Positions 1-10,301 are shown, counted from the stretch's first letter. The stretch: DNA of 32,000 nucleotides from Dickeya solani IPO 2222 (GCF_001644705.1 NZ_CP015137.1:3690001-3722000); one strand, 5' to 3'. Notes: generated by a model from the sequence alone, not told the origin. Translations and numbers: made by a program.

Positions 1-556
1 TCAGGCTATCGAGCAGGAACTGCATTCCCACGGTTACGAGAACGGCGTGATTCTGTCGTTTCGCTACATTCTGTGCACCTTCATTGACGAAGCGGTGATG
101 GGGCGGGAGTGGGGCGGGCAGAGCGTGTGGTCCGCCCATTCGCTGCTTACCCGTTTTCACAATGAAACCTGGGGCGGCGAGAAGGTATTCGTGCTGCTGG
201 AAAAGCTGTTGGATGACCCGGTGCGCTACCGCGACATTCTGGAGTTCATCTACCTGTGTCTGTGCCTCGGTTTCGAAGGCCGCTACCGGGTGATGACGCA
301 GGGACGCGAAGAGCTGGATCGGGTAGTGCGCCGCTTGCACGACACCCTGCGTCCGGAGCCGGAAAACCCGCCGACGGTGTTCCACCTCAATCTGGGGCAG
401 CAGTCTTCCCGTTACCAACTGCGTAAACAGATTTCGTTGCGCACCCTGTTTATCGGCCTGTGCGTGGTGATGGTCGCGGCGTTTGGCCTCTATCACCACC
501 AGCTAACCAACCAGACCCAGGACGTACTGCGTCAGCTGGGAGAATTATTACAATAA
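1..556 (+). CDS. tssL: T6SS membrane subunit TssL/DotU (VasF-like), 5'-truncated by window edge
   Basis: The frame is open from base 2 (QAIEQELHSHGYENG...), so the listed GTG at 47 is not the true start. DotU blocks FRYILCTFIDEAV and LEFIYLCLCLGFEGRYR are present. C-terminal TM helix LFIGLCVVMVAAFGLY. Lies directly upstream of clpV. Confidence 0.85.
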   Translation, partial: QAIEQELHSHGYENGVILSFRYILCTFIDEAVMGREWGGQSVWSAHSLLTRFHNETWGGEKVFVLLEKLLDDPVRYRDILEFIYLCLCLGFEGRYRVMTQGREELDRVVRRLHDTLRPEPENPPTVFHLNLGQQSSRYQLRKQISLRTLFIGLCVVMVAAFGLYHHQLTNQTQDVLRQLGELLQ

Positions 557-571
557 CAGGAGCGTATTCTC

Positions 572-3172
572 GTGATTCGAATCGAACTGCCGATCCTGGT
601 TGAGCGACTCAACCCGCTGTGCCGCCACATGATGGAAGAGGCGGCGGCGCTGTGCATTCAGCATCAGGGCGCGGAGATCCGCATTGAGCACCTGCTGCTG
701 AAAATGCTGGAGACGCCGTTGTGCGACGTGCGCCAGATCATCAAACGCGCCGGGATGGATGCCGACGAACTGTCGGCATTGCTGCAACCCAATGCCGCGG
801 ATAAAGGGTTTGAGTCAGGCTATCCCTCGTTTTCGCCGCTGCTGGTTGAGTGGTTGCAGGACAGCTGGCTGCTGGCCTCGGCCGAACTCCAGCACGCCCG
901 GCTGCGCAGCGGCGTGCTGCTGCTGGTGCTGTTGATGACGCCGACGCGCTATCTGTCGGCCACGGTAACCCGCCAACTGGCTCAGATTAACCGCGAACTG
1001 CTGCGTCAGCAGTTTGACGAATGGGTGAAAGACTCGGCGGAAACCGAGGTGATTTCCGCCGCCGGCGCGACGCCGGAGCAGGCGGCTGCAGCCACCACCC
1101 AGCTGTCTCGTTATACCCAGAATGTCACCGAGTCCGCCCGTCAGGGCAAGCTGGACCCGGTGCTGTGCCGCGATCATGAAATCGACCTGATGATCGACAT
1201 TCTGTCCCGTCGCCGTAAAAACAACCCGATCGTGGTTGGCGAGGCCGGGGTGGGTAAGAGCGCGCTGATTGAAGGACTGGCGCTGCGCATCGTCGCCGGG
1301 CTGGTGCCGGAGCGGCTGCGTGACGTGGAACTGTTGACGCTGGATTTGGGCGCGATGCAGGCCGGCGCCTCAGTGAAAGGCGAATTCGAGAAGCGTTTCA
1401 AAGGGGTGATGCAGGAAGTCAAAGAGTCGCCGAAACCGGTTGTCCTGTTCATCGACGAGGCCCACACCTTAATCGGCGCCGGCAATCAGGCCGGTGGGCT
1501 GGATGTGTCCAACCTGCTTAAACCGGCGCTGGCGCGCGGCGAACTGCGCACTATCGCCGCCACTACCTGGAGCGAATACAAGAAATACGTGGAAAAAGAC
1601 GCCGCGCTGTCGCGTCGTTTCCAACTGGTGAAAGTGGGCGAGCCGAACGTTGACGAAGCCACGGTGATTCTGCGCGGGCTGCGCAGTATTTATGAACAAT
1701 CGCACGGTGTGTTGATCGACGAAGAAGCCCTGCAGGCGGCGGCCAATCTGTCCGCCCGTTATATCTCCGGGCGTCAGTTGCCGGACAAAGCGATCGACGT
1801 ACTGGATACCGCCTGCGCACGCGTCGCCATCAACCTGACTACGCCGCCGCGCGCGGTCAGCCAGTTGCAGACCCGTTTGCATCAGCAGGCGCTGGAAATC
1901 GCCCAACTGGAGCGTCAGGGCCGCATCGGTCTTGGCGACACGGCGGAGCGGCTGGCGACGCTGCGTGACGCCAGCGAAACGGACGCCGCGACGCTGGCGC
2001 AACTGGAAGCCGACTGGCAGCGTCAAAAAACGCTGGTGCAGCAGATTGTCGCCCTGCGCACGGCGCTGCTGGCCGATGAACCGGCGGAAGATTTCGATGC
2101 CGCCGCCGCGGCCGCAGAGCTGGCCGATAGCGAGCGATCGCTGGCCGAACTGCAACAACCGTCGGTGCTGGTGTCCCCGCATGTGGATAAAATCCAGATT
2201 GCGTCGGTGATCGCCGAGTGGACCGGGGTGCCGTTGAACCGGATTTCCCAGGGCGAGCTGGACGTGGTCACCCGCCTGCCGGATTACCTCGGCGACAGTA
2301 TCAAAGGGCAACAGTTGGCGATCGCCCAGTTGCACAAACACCTGCTGACCGCCCGCGCCGACCTGCGCCGTCCCGGCCGCCCACTGGGCGCATTTTTGCT
2401 GGTGGGGCCGAGCGGCGTGGGCAAGACCGAAACCGTGGTGCAGATTGCCGATCTGATGTTCGGCGGCCGTCATTATCTCACCACCATCAACATGTCCGAG
2501 TACCAGGAGAAACACACGGTTTCCCGCTTAATCGGTTCGCCGCCGGGGTATGTCGGCTTTGGCGAGGGTGGGGTGCTGACCGAGGCCATTCGTCAGAAAC
2601 CCTATTCGGTGGTGCTGCTGGATGAAGTGGAAAAAGCCCATCCGGACGTGCTCAACCTGTTCTATCAGGCGTTCGACAAGGGCGAACTGGCGGACGGCGA
2701 AGGGCGGGTGATCGACTGCCGCAATGTAGTGTTCTTCCTGACCTCCAATCTGGGGTTCCAGACGATTGTCAATTTTGCGGATCGGCAGAACGAACTGCTG
2801 GATGCGCTCTATCCGGAACTGGCGGCGTTCTTCAAACCGGCGTTGCTGGCGCGCATGGAAGTGATTCCCTACCTGCCGCTGGGGAACGACACGCTGGTGG
2901 CGATCGTGCAGGGCAAACTGTCCCGTCTGGTGACGTTGCTGCAACAGCGCTTTGGCGCCGAGGTGGTCATCGACGAGTCGGTGCCGGAAGAGATTTTGCG
3001 TCTGGCGAACCGCAGCGAGAACGGCGCGCGCATGCTGGAGTCGGTGATCGACGGCGCACTGTTGCCGCCGGTGTCGTTGCAATTGCTGCAACGCATGTCG
3101 GCCGGTCAGCCGGTTAGCCGCATTCATTTCCAGGTGGAAGACGGCCAGTTCCGGTCCGAGGTGGAGGGCTGA
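572..3172 (+). CDS. tssH: T6SS AAA+ ATPase ClpV/TssH (VasG-like)
   Basis: 866 aa. Two AAA modules: Walker A GEAGVGKSA with Walker B VLFIDEAHTL, and Walker A GPSGVGKTE with Walker B VVLLDEVEKAH. Clp-N-like N-domain. GTG start 10 nt after AGGAG (557-561). Confidence 0.95.
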   Translation: MIRIELPILVERLNPLCRHMMEEAAALCIQHQGAEIRIEHLLLKMLETPLCDVRQIIKRAGMDADELSALLQPNAADKGFESGYPSFSPLLVEWLQDSWLLASAELQHARLRSGVLLLVLLMTPTRYLSATVTRQLAQINRELLRQQFDEWVKDSAETEVISAAGATPEQAAAATTQLSRYTQNVTESARQGKLDPVLCRDHEIDLMIDILSRRRKNNPIVVGEAGVGKSALIEGLALRIVAGLVPERLRDVELLTLDLGAMQAGASVKGEFEKRFKGVMQEVKESPKPVVLFIDEAHTLIGAGNQAGGLDVSNLLKPALARGELRTIAATTWSEYKKYVEKDAALSRRFQLVKVGEPNVDEATVILRGLRSIYEQSHGVLIDEEALQAAANLSARYISGRQLPDKAIDVLDTACARVAINLTTPPRAVSQLQTRLHQQALEIAQLERQGRIGLGDTAERLATLRDASETDAATLAQLEADWQRQKTLVQQIVALRTALLADEPAEDFDAAAAAAELADSERSLAELQQPSVLVSPHVDKIQIASVIAEWTGVPLNRISQGELDVVTRLPDYLGDSIKGQQLAIAQLHKHLLTARADLRRPGRPLGAFLLVGPSGVGKTETVVQIADLMFGGRHYLTTINMSEYQEKHTVSRLIGSPPGYVGFGEGGVLTEAIRQKPYSVVLLDEVEKAHPDVLNLFYQAFDKGELADGEGRVIDCRNVVFFLTSNLGFQTIVNFADRQNELLDALYPELAAFFKPALLARMEVIPYLPLGNDTLVAIVQGKLSRLVTLLQQRFGAEVVIDESVPEEILRLANRSENGARMLESVIDGALLPPVSLQLLQRMSAGQPVSRIHFQVEDGQFRSEVEG

Positions 3173-3174
3173 GC

Positions 3175-4713
3175 ATGCAATCAGCCCTCGATCTGGCGCT
3201 CTCGCTGACCCGTCACCGGGATGAAGCCGGCCTGTGCGACTGGCTGATGAGCACGCTGCGGGCCGCATGGCAGCCGCAGGGTGCGCTGCTGGGGATGGTG
3301 GATGTCAGCGGGCGCCAGTTGATATGCAGCGGCTGGGTGCATCGCACACCGCTGTCGCTGTCGCTCGGCGTGGACGATTTCAGTCATCCGCTGGCTTATG
3401 TATTGCTCAAGAATCAAACGCGCAGCTGGACGTCGTTGTACGGCGGCGCGCGCATCGAGCATGGCGGTTTTCGCCAGTTGCTGGCCGACGCGGGTACCGC
3501 CTGCGGGCTGTACGCCATGCCGTTGCAGGCGGAAAGTGGCAAACCGCTGGCGGTGCTGGCGCTGCTGGATACGCCGGAGCGGCTGCAGGCGCTGGGGCAG
3601 CATGGCGATTGCGCGCAACTGGGGCAGGTGTTCTGCAGCCAGCTGGCGTTGATCCGCGATCTGGGCCATAGCCGACGCGAACAGACCGCGCTGCGTGATT
3701 CGCTGCGCCAGATTAAAGATGAAGGCGCGCTGCGGCGCGAACGGGAAAAACGGGTGGCCGCCGGGCTGGTTGGTCAATCCGGCGCGGTGCGGCAATTGCA
3801 CCAGCAGATTTGTCAGGCGGCCAGCCACCGGTTATCGGTGCTGGTTCACGGCGAAACCGGCGCCGGCAAAGACGTGGTGGCCCGGCTGTTGCACCAGTGT
3901 TCCGAGCGTGCCGAGCGCCCGTTCATCGCCATCAACTGCGCCGCTATTCCGGAAAACCTGATTGAAAGCGAGCTGTTCGGCTACGAGAAAGGCGCGTTTT
4001 CCGGCGCGCAAAGCAACAAGGTCGGGCTGGTGGCGCAAGCCAACGGCGGCACGCTGTTTCTGGATGAAGTGGGCGATATGCCGCCGCTGATGCAGGCCAA
4101 GCTGTTGCGAGTATTGGAAACGCACAGCTTCCGGCCGCTGGGCGCCGGGCAGGAGCGGCATTCCGATTTCCGGCTGATCGCCGCCACGCATCAACCGCTG
4201 GAACAGCGGGTGGCCGAAGGCCAGTTCCGTCAGGATCTCTACCATCGCCTGTGCCAGTGTCTGGTGCAGGTGGCGCCGCTGCGCGATCGCCCGGACGACA
4301 TCAGCCTGCTGTGCGAACACTTCATCGGGCAGTTTTCCCGCCAGCAGCAGAAGCAGCTGGGGCCGTTGCATCGTGCGTTTCTCAAGCAACTGGTGGGGTA
4401 TGACTTCCCCGGCAATGTGCGTGAGCTGAAGAACCTGCTGGAGGTAGCCTGCGCCCATACGTCGGAAGGGCAACCTATTCGTCTGGCATCGCTGCCGCCG
4501 GAGTTGCGGGAACGGGTATGCGGCGAAACCGCTGCCGATAGCGATGCTTTCCATCATATTCAGGACTTGCGCATCGCCACCCAGCAGTATGAAGCCGCGG
4601 TGATTGCGGCGCGTCTGCGCCAGTTTCAGGGCAACCGGCTGCTGGTGGCGGAGAGCCTGAATATTCCCAAACGAACCCTGGATCATAAGTGCCAGAAACT
4701 GGAGGTGAACTGA
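3175..4713 (+). CDS. vasH: Sigma-54-dependent transcriptional activator (VasH-like bEBP) with N-terminal GAF-like sensor
   Basis: Walker A GETGAGKDVVA. Sigma-54 contact loop ESELFGYEKGAFSGA, a GAFSGA variant of GAFTGA at 3991-4008. Walker B FLDEVGDM. C-terminal Fis-type HTH (LNIPKRTLDHKCQKL). Position after clpV matches vasG-vasH. Confidence 0.9.
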   Translation: MQSALDLALSLTRHRDEAGLCDWLMSTLRAAWQPQGALLGMVDVSGRQLICSGWVHRTPLSLSLGVDDFSHPLAYVLLKNQTRSWTSLYGGARIEHGGFRQLLADAGTACGLYAMPLQAESGKPLAVLALLDTPERLQALGQHGDCAQLGQVFCSQLALIRDLGHSRREQTALRDSLRQIKDEGALRREREKRVAAGLVGQSGAVRQLHQQICQAASHRLSVLVHGETGAGKDVVARLLHQCSERAERPFIAINCAAIPENLIESELFGYEKGAFSGAQSNKVGLVAQANGGTLFLDEVGDMPPLMQAKLLRVLETHSFRPLGAGQERHSDFRLIAATHQPLEQRVAEGQFRQDLYHRLCQCLVQVAPLRDRPDDISLLCEHFIGQFSRQQQKQLGPLHRAFLKQLVGYDFPGNVRELKNLLEVACAHTSEGQPIRLASLPPELRERVCGETAADSDAFHHIQDLRIATQQYEAAVIAARLRQFQGNRLLVAESLNIPKRTLDHKCQKLEVN

Positions 4714-5276
4714 TGATGCTGACGATGGTGCCGCTGCTGATGGCGGCAGTCGGCTCGCCCGATCCTGCCTGGCAATCATTGTGGGAACAGTGCCGCAATG
4801 AAGCATCGCCGCAGGTGCGTCTGGCCTGTTACGACGCGCTCGGACGCGAGACGGAACGCGCGGGCGCTTTGCCGTCCGCCCCGAATACTGGCGCCGCGGG
4901 GGAGAACGCGTTTCATCTCAACCGCGAGGCGGTCAATGGCGACCTGACGCTGACGCGGACGCTGGCGGACGGCAATACGCTGGTGATCGGCTGCGCCAGC
5001 AGCATTACCCATTTGCGGCTGACGCTCAGCCAGCCGTGGCCGGGCGACAACGTCACCTCCCAGCTTGACGGCGCCAGCGCGCCGGATAACTGGTTTGTGC
5101 GCAACCGCGGCACGTTGCTGGAATTTGGCCGCGGCTTGCCGGCGATCGACGCGCTCAAGCGCTGGGTTGGCCACCGGGAGCTGGTGCTGAATGGGGAGCA
5201 GGATCATGTGCTGCGTATCGATCTCACCGGGCTGGGCGAGGCGCTGGCGCCGTTGCGTCAGCAGTGCCGCTGGTAG
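4713..5276 (+). CDS. T6SS-associated small protein (VasI / VC_A0118-family position), hydrophobic N-terminus
   Basis: ATG at 4713 overlaps the vasH stop (TGATG), with GGAGG at 4701-4705. Sits between vasH and tssA exactly as vasI does in V. cholerae. No catalytic motif recognised; the call is mainly by synteny. Confidence 0.5.
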   Translation: MMLTMVPLLMAAVGSPDPAWQSLWEQCRNEASPQVRLACYDALGRETERAGALPSAPNTGAAGENAFHLNREAVNGDLTLTRTLADGNTLVIGCASSITHLRLTLSQPWPGDNVTSQLDGASAPDNWFVRNRGTLLEFGRGLPAIDALKRWVGHRELVLNGEQDHVLRIDLTGLGEALAPLRQQCRW

Positions 5277-5287
5277 GAGCGATGAGT

Positions 5288-6727
5288 ATGCATGCACACC
5301 CCTGGTGTAAGCGACTGCTGACGACCCTGCCCGACGAGGCCCTGCGGGCGGCGGTGGCGGCGGATGATCCGGTGTGGGAACAGGTAGAAACCGAGTTAGT
5401 CAAGCTGGGGTCGCTGGCGCACAGCCAGGTGGATCTCAACGCGGTCGCCGGTCAGTGCCTGACGCTGCTGGAGAGCCGTACCAAAGACATGCGTGTGCTG
5501 GTGCAACTGCTGCGCTGTTTGCAGCACCCGGCCAAGGCCACCCCGTTCGCCACCGCCATCATGCTGCTCGACAGCTGGCTGGAGGCTTACTGGACGCTGG
5601 CGTTCCCCGCCAGTCCGGTACAAAAACAGAAGCTGATGGTGCAGATTATCCGCCGTTTTGAGGGCGTACTGCCCCGCATGGCGGAAAATGCCTCCGGAGC
5701 GGAGCTGAGCCAACTGCATCCGTTGGCGGAACAACTGGCGGCACGCTGGAGCGGTCTGGCCGCCGACAAGGCTGACCTGACCGACGAACTGGTGGCGGCG
5801 CTTCACCGCGCCCGGCAACGCCATCAGGCGCAGGAGAAAGCCAATCAGACGGCGGAGCCGGCGTCTGGCGGGCAGGGTGGAACGAGCGGGAGCGCCGCTG
5901 CTGCCAGCGGCGGTTCTGGCAGCGCCACCGGAACGACCAGCGCGGTCGCGACGGTGGAAGTCAACAGTTCGGATGACCGCAACTGGAAGCAGACCCAGCT
6001 TACTGTGGCGGCGTTGCTGGTGGAACGCCAGCCGGAAGCGCCGGTGGGCTATCGCCTGCGCCGCAACGCGGTCTGGGCCGGGATCGCCACGCCGCCGACG
6101 ACGGCTCGCGGCAATAAAACCCAGCTGGCGCCGGTGTCGCCCGACCGGGTGGATGAATACCAGAGCGCGCTTGCACAGGCGGACCTGGCATTGTGGAACA
6201 AGATTGAACAGAGCCTGACGCTGGCGCCGTACTGGTTTGATGGCCACATGCTGTCGGCGACGGTGGCGACCCGGCTGGGGCAGAGCGCCGTTGCCAGCGC
6301 CATCGCCGATGAACTGTCGGCGTTTCTCGCCCGGTTGCCGGAGCTGCGCGAGCTGGCGTTCAGCGACGGTTCGCCGTTTCTGTCCGCCAAATGCGCCCAG
6401 TGGCTGCAATCCGCCCAGCCGGCGCGCGGCGGCGGTGGTCAGCGGCAGGACAGCCTGGCGGCCGAGGCGGCGGCCTGCTGCGCCGAGCAAGGGTTAGGCG
6501 CGGCGCTGGCGCTGCTGGATGAGCGTATTCGGCGGTTGAAAGAACCGCGTGAGCGTTTTTGCGCCGAACTGGTGCTGGCGGATTTGCTGGCGGAAGAAGG
6601 CATGAAAGCGCTGGCGGCACAACATTATCAGCACCTGTGGCAGGAAAGCGAGCGACTGGGCCTGATGCAGTGGGAACCGGGAATGGTCAGCCGACTGGAA
6701 CGGCTGGGCGCGTCCCGCAGGAAATAA
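5288..6727 (+). CDS. tssA: T6SS baseplate/cap protein TssA (VasJ-like, ImpA_N domain)
   Basis: ImpA_N-type N-terminus (DPVWEQVETELVKLGSLAHSQVDLNAVAGQCLTLLESRTKDMRVLVQLLRCL). Gly/Ser/Ala-rich linker, then a helical C-domain. The start is ambiguous between ATG 5282 and 5288; AGGAG at 5275-5279 favours 5288. Confidence 0.8.
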   Translation: MHAHPWCKRLLTTLPDEALRAAVAADDPVWEQVETELVKLGSLAHSQVDLNAVAGQCLTLLESRTKDMRVLVQLLRCLQHPAKATPFATAIMLLDSWLEAYWTLAFPASPVQKQKLMVQIIRRFEGVLPRMAENASGAELSQLHPLAEQLAARWSGLAADKADLTDELVAALHRARQRHQAQEKANQTAEPASGGQGGTSGSAAAASGGSGSATGTTSAVATVEVNSSDDRNWKQTQLTVAALLVERQPEAPVGYRLRRNAVWAGIATPPTTARGNKTQLAPVSPDRVDEYQSALAQADLALWNKIEQSLTLAPYWFDGHMLSATVATRLGQSAVASAIADELSAFLARLPELRELAFSDGSPFLSAKCAQWLQSAQPARGGGGQRQDSLAAEAAACCAEQGLGAALALLDERIRRLKEPRERFCAELVLADLLAEEGMKALAAQHYQHLWQESERLGLMQWEPGMVSRLERLGASRRK

Positions 6728-6752
6728 GACATTCGGAGTTGAATGGTCACTT

Positions 6753-9700
6753 ATGTTGAAAATAATCATTACCTTTTTGCGGCAACAGCTGCCGAAACTG
6801 AAACCTTCCTGGCTGTTGCTGGGGGTGGTGGTATGGGTGGTGGCGCTGGTGCTGGCCTGGTGGCTGGGACCGCGTCTGACCCTCGGCGACATGCGCCCGC
6901 TGCAAAGCGTGTGGGGCCGCGTGGTGTTCACGCTGGTCTGGCTGTGGCTGGGCTTTGCCTACAGCGCCTGGCACGTCTGGCGCCGGGTGCAGCAATTACG
7001 CGCGGAACGGCGTGAACAGCAGATTATCGAGCAGGACCCGCTGCAGGTATACGTCGACAGCCAGCAAACCTTTCTGGACCGCTGGTTGCAGGCGTTTCAG
7101 ACCCAACTGGGCAAAAAGGCGTTGTACGCCATGCCCTGGTATCTGGCGATCGGCCTGTCCGGCAGCGGCAAAAGCAGCCTGATTCATCGCGCCAACACGG
7201 CCAACAAACTCAACCCGAAACTGGATGCGGAATTGCGCGACGTGGCGGGCGGCCAACAGGTTAACAGCTGGGTCGGCGAGTCGGCGGTGATCTGGGACCC
7301 AAGCGGTCAACTGCTGGCCCAGCCGGAAATCGGCGCGGAGCCGTCGGCCGGACGCCATGCCCGCCTGTGGCAACACCTGTTGCAGTGGCTGAGCCTCAAC
7401 CGTCGCCGCCAGCCGCTGAACGGACTGGTGCTGACTATCGATCTGTCCTGGTTGGCGCAGGCCAGCGTATCGGAGCGTAAAGCGTATGCGCAGGTGATGC
7501 GCGCCCGCTTGCAGGAAATTGCCGTCAATATCAATACCCGCCTGCCGCTGTATGTGGCGTTGACCCGTCTGGACATGCTGCGCGGTTTTGACGTGGTGTA
7601 CCGCTCGCTGAACCGGGAAGCGCGTCAGGCAGTGCTGGGGGTGACGTTCACGCCGCAGGCCAGCCACGGCAAAGGCTGGCTGGAAGAGCTGGAGCGCTTT
7701 TGGGACGACTGGATCGCCAACCTCAACAATAACCTGCCGGAAATGCTGCTCACGCAGTCGGATCGCGGCGTGCGCAATACGCTGTTCACCTTCGTGCGCC
7801 AGCTAGCCGGGTTGAAGGATTACGTGACGGAAGTGCTGAACGAAACGTTGGCGACCGGCGACGACCGCGCGTTCCTGGTCCGCGGCGTGTATGTCAGCTC
7901 GGTGTACCAGCAGGGCGTGCCGTTCGACGCCTTCGCCCAGTCCGCTTCCCGGCGTTATCAGTTGCCGGAGCCGATCAACGCCGCCATGCGCGGCGAGTCG
8001 AATACGTTCTTCGTGCAGAAGCTGTTCCCGGAGGTGATTTTCCCGGAAGCCAGTCTGGCGGGGGAAAACCGGCTGCACAGCCTCTATCGCCGTCGCCGCA
8101 TGAGTATCGGGATTACCTGCATGGTGTTGTTCGGGCTGGCGATGATCGGCAGCTGGCACCATTTCTATCGGGTGAACGAAGAGGCCGGCCGTAACGTGCT
8201 GACCAAGGCACAGGCGTTCATCGGCACCAACGAACTGGAAGGACAGGCGGGGTACGGCTATCAGCAACTGCCGCGTCTGAACCTGATCCGCGACGCCACC
8301 CTGTCGTTCGGCAACTACCACGAACGCACGCCGATGCTGGCCGACCTCGGGCTGTATCAGGGCGATAAGATCGGCCCTTACGTGGAAGGCTCTTACCTGC
8401 AAATGCTCAACCAGCGTTTCCTGCCGGCGGTGATGCAGGGGCTGCTGGAGGACCTGAATCAGGCGCCGGCCGGCAGCGAGCAGAAACTCACCATTCTGCG
8501 GGTGATGCGGATGCTGGACGACGCCTCCGGGCGTAACAAGACGCTGGTGGAGCAGTTCATGGCGCTGCGTTGGCAGAAGGCGTTTCCGGGGCAGGGTAAG
8601 GTGCAGGAACAACTGATGCAGCATCTGGATTACGCGCTGGATCATACCGACTGGCACCAGTCCCGCGAGCAGAAGGATACGGTGGCGATCTCCACCTTCG
8701 CGCCGTTCGTGGACCCGATCGCCAGCGCCCAGCGCGAGCTGAGCAAGTTGCCGATGTACCAGCGCGTCTACCAGAGTCTGGTGATGAAGGCGACGCAGGT
8801 GCTGCCGCCGGATCTGGCGATTCGCGACGAAGTGGGGCCGACGTTCGATTCGGTCTTCACCCTGCGCAACGACAAGGCGGGCACGGTGCCGCGGCTGTTG
8901 ACCTATCCCGGTTTCAGCGATTTCTACCTCAAGCAGGATAAAACGCTGCTGGACCTGACCGCGCTGGATGCCTGGGTGCTGGGTCAGCGTGAGCGCGCCC
9001 ACCTGAGCGAGGCCGACCGCAAAGAGATCCTGCGTCAGGTGAACGACCGCTATATCACCGATTACATCAACCAGTGGCAAAAGGCGCTGGCGAATATTGA
9101 TGTACAACCGCTGGAAAGCCCGGAACAGGCGTTGAACATACTGACCGATATTACCGGTAACGACCAGCCGTTCCAGCGCGTGCTGACCACGGTGAGCGAC
9201 AACACCCGCATCCGCAAGCTGGCGGATGACGAGAACGACACCGCGCAGGGCATCAATACCCGCATCGGTCGCCCGTTCATGACCATCAACGCCGCGCTGA
9301 GCGGGCGGGGCGAGCAGGGGCCGCTGGTGCAGGAGGTCAATCAGAAGTTGACCGATCTCTACCACTATCTGGATCAGATCGTGAACGCCACCGATCCGGG
9401 GCAGGCGGCGCTGAAAGCGGTGCAGGCGCGTCAGGGCAACAAGTTCGCCGATCCGGTGTTTGCGTTGCAGCAGTATGCCCGTAGCCTGCCGGCGCCGCTG
9501 GACCGTTGGGTCGGCCAACTGGCGGGAGAAAGCGCCAGTCTGGTGACCGGGCTGGCGATGTCGTCGCTCAATCAGGAGTGGATGGACAAGGTGGTGACGC
9601 CGTTTAACGAGAAACTGGCGGACCGTTACCCGTTCAACCCGTCTTCCGACAAGGATGTGCCGCTGTCCGAAATGGAACGCTTCTTTGCCGTGGGCGGTAC

Positions 9701-10250
9701 GCTGGACAGCTTCTACCAGACCAACCTCAAGTCGATTATGGACAGCGGTATGCTGGAGGGGGAAGGCGCGTCGCCGTTGCAGACGGAGCTGGTGAAACAG
9801 CTGGATCGCGCCACCCGTATCCGCCAGACGCTGTTCAATGCGCAGGGCAGCCTGGAAATACACTTTGTGGTGGAACCGGTGGAGCTGACCGCCAACAAGC
9901 GTCGCAGCGTGCTGAATCTTGACGGACAGTTGCTGGAGTACAGCCACGGACGCCGGACCAAAACGCCGCTGGTGTGGCCGAACAGTATGCGCGACGGCGC
10001 CGAAAGCAAGCTGACGCTGGTGCCGGATGACCGCGAACGCTCGCCGCGCAGCCTGAGCTTCACCGGCCCGTGGGCGATGTTCCGCCTGCTGACCAACGGC
10101 CAGCTGACGCAGGTGAACGACAATACCTTCGACGTGCGTTTCTCGCTGGAACAAGGCGGCATGACCTATCGCGTCTATACCGACGCCAGCCACAATCCGT
10201 TTGCCGGTGGTCTGTTCAGCCAGTTCAAACTGCCTGATTCTCTCTATTAA
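6753..10250 (+). CDS. tssM: T6SS membrane complex protein TssM/IcmF (VasK-like)
   Basis: 1165 aa. N-terminal TM helices. Walker A GLSGSGKSS. Further TM (ITCMVLFGLAMIGSW) followed by a long periplasmic IcmF-type domain. Confidence 0.95.
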   Translation: MLKIIITFLRQQLPKLKPSWLLLGVVVWVVALVLAWWLGPRLTLGDMRPLQSVWGRVVFTLVWLWLGFAYSAWHVWRRVQQLRAERREQQIIEQDPLQVYVDSQQTFLDRWLQAFQTQLGKKALYAMPWYLAIGLSGSGKSSLIHRANTANKLNPKLDAELRDVAGGQQVNSWVGESAVIWDPSGQLLAQPEIGAEPSAGRHARLWQHLLQWLSLNRRRQPLNGLVLTIDLSWLAQASVSERKAYAQVMRARLQEIAVNINTRLPLYVALTRLDMLRGFDVVYRSLNREARQAVLGVTFTPQASHGKGWLEELERFWDDWIANLNNNLPEMLLTQSDRGVRNTLFTFVRQLAGLKDYVTEVLNETLATGDDRAFLVRGVYVSSVYQQGVPFDAFAQSASRRYQLPEPINAAMRGESNTFFVQKLFPEVIFPEASLAGENRLHSLYRRRRMSIGITCMVLFGLAMIGSWHHFYRVNEEAGRNVLTKAQAFIGTNELEGQAGYGYQQLPRLNLIRDATLSFGNYHERTPMLADLGLYQGDKIGPYVEGSYLQMLNQRFLPAVMQGLLEDLNQAPAGSEQKLTILRVMRMLDDASGRNKTLVEQFMALRWQKAFPGQGKVQEQLMQHLDYALDHTDWHQSREQKDTVAISTFAPFVDPIASAQRELSKLPMYQRVYQSLVMKATQVLPPDLAIRDEVGPTFDSVFTLRNDKAGTVPRLLTYPGFSDFYLKQDKTLLDLTALDAWVLGQRERAHLSEADRKEILRQVNDRYITDYINQWQKALANIDVQPLESPEQALNILTDITGNDQPFQRVLTTVSDNTRIRKLADDENDTAQGINTRIGRPFMTINAALSGRGEQGPLVQEVNQKLTDLYHYLDQIVNATDPGQAALKAVQARQGNKFADPVFALQQYARSLPAPLDRWVGQLAGESASLVTGLAMSSLNQEWMDKVVTPFNEKLADRYPFNPSSDKDVPLSEMERFFAVGGTLDSFYQTNLKSIMDSGMLEGEGASPLQTELVKQLDRATRIRQTLFNAQGSLEIHFVVEPVELTANKRRSVLNLDGQLLEYSHGRRTKTPLVWPNSMRDGAESKLTLVPDDRERSPRSLSFTGPWAMFRLLTNGQLTQVNDNTFDVRFSLEQGGMTYRVYTDASHNPFAGGLFSQFKLPDSLY

Positions 10251-10257
10251 CCCTGAA

Positions 10258-10282
10258 GGCGCATTCGCGATGCGAATGCGCC
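10258..10282. repeat. Perfect 11-bp-stem inverted repeat between tssM and vasL-like gene
   Basis: GGCGCATTCGC-GAT-GCGAATGCGCC lies 8 nt after the tssM stop. No downstream T-tract. Confidence 0.8.
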
Positions 10283-10301
10283 CGTAGCCGGATGATGTGA
10301 T

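Noticed and set aside
47-556. GTG at 47 as the start of the first gene
   Set aside because: The frame is open to base 2 and the upstream residues continue the DotU domain. The gene is truncated by the window edge.
6969-6974. TGGCAC motifs (also at 8154-8159) as possible sigma-54 promoters for VasH
   Set aside because: Both lie inside the tssM coding sequence. Neither is followed by TTGC at the required N5 spacing.
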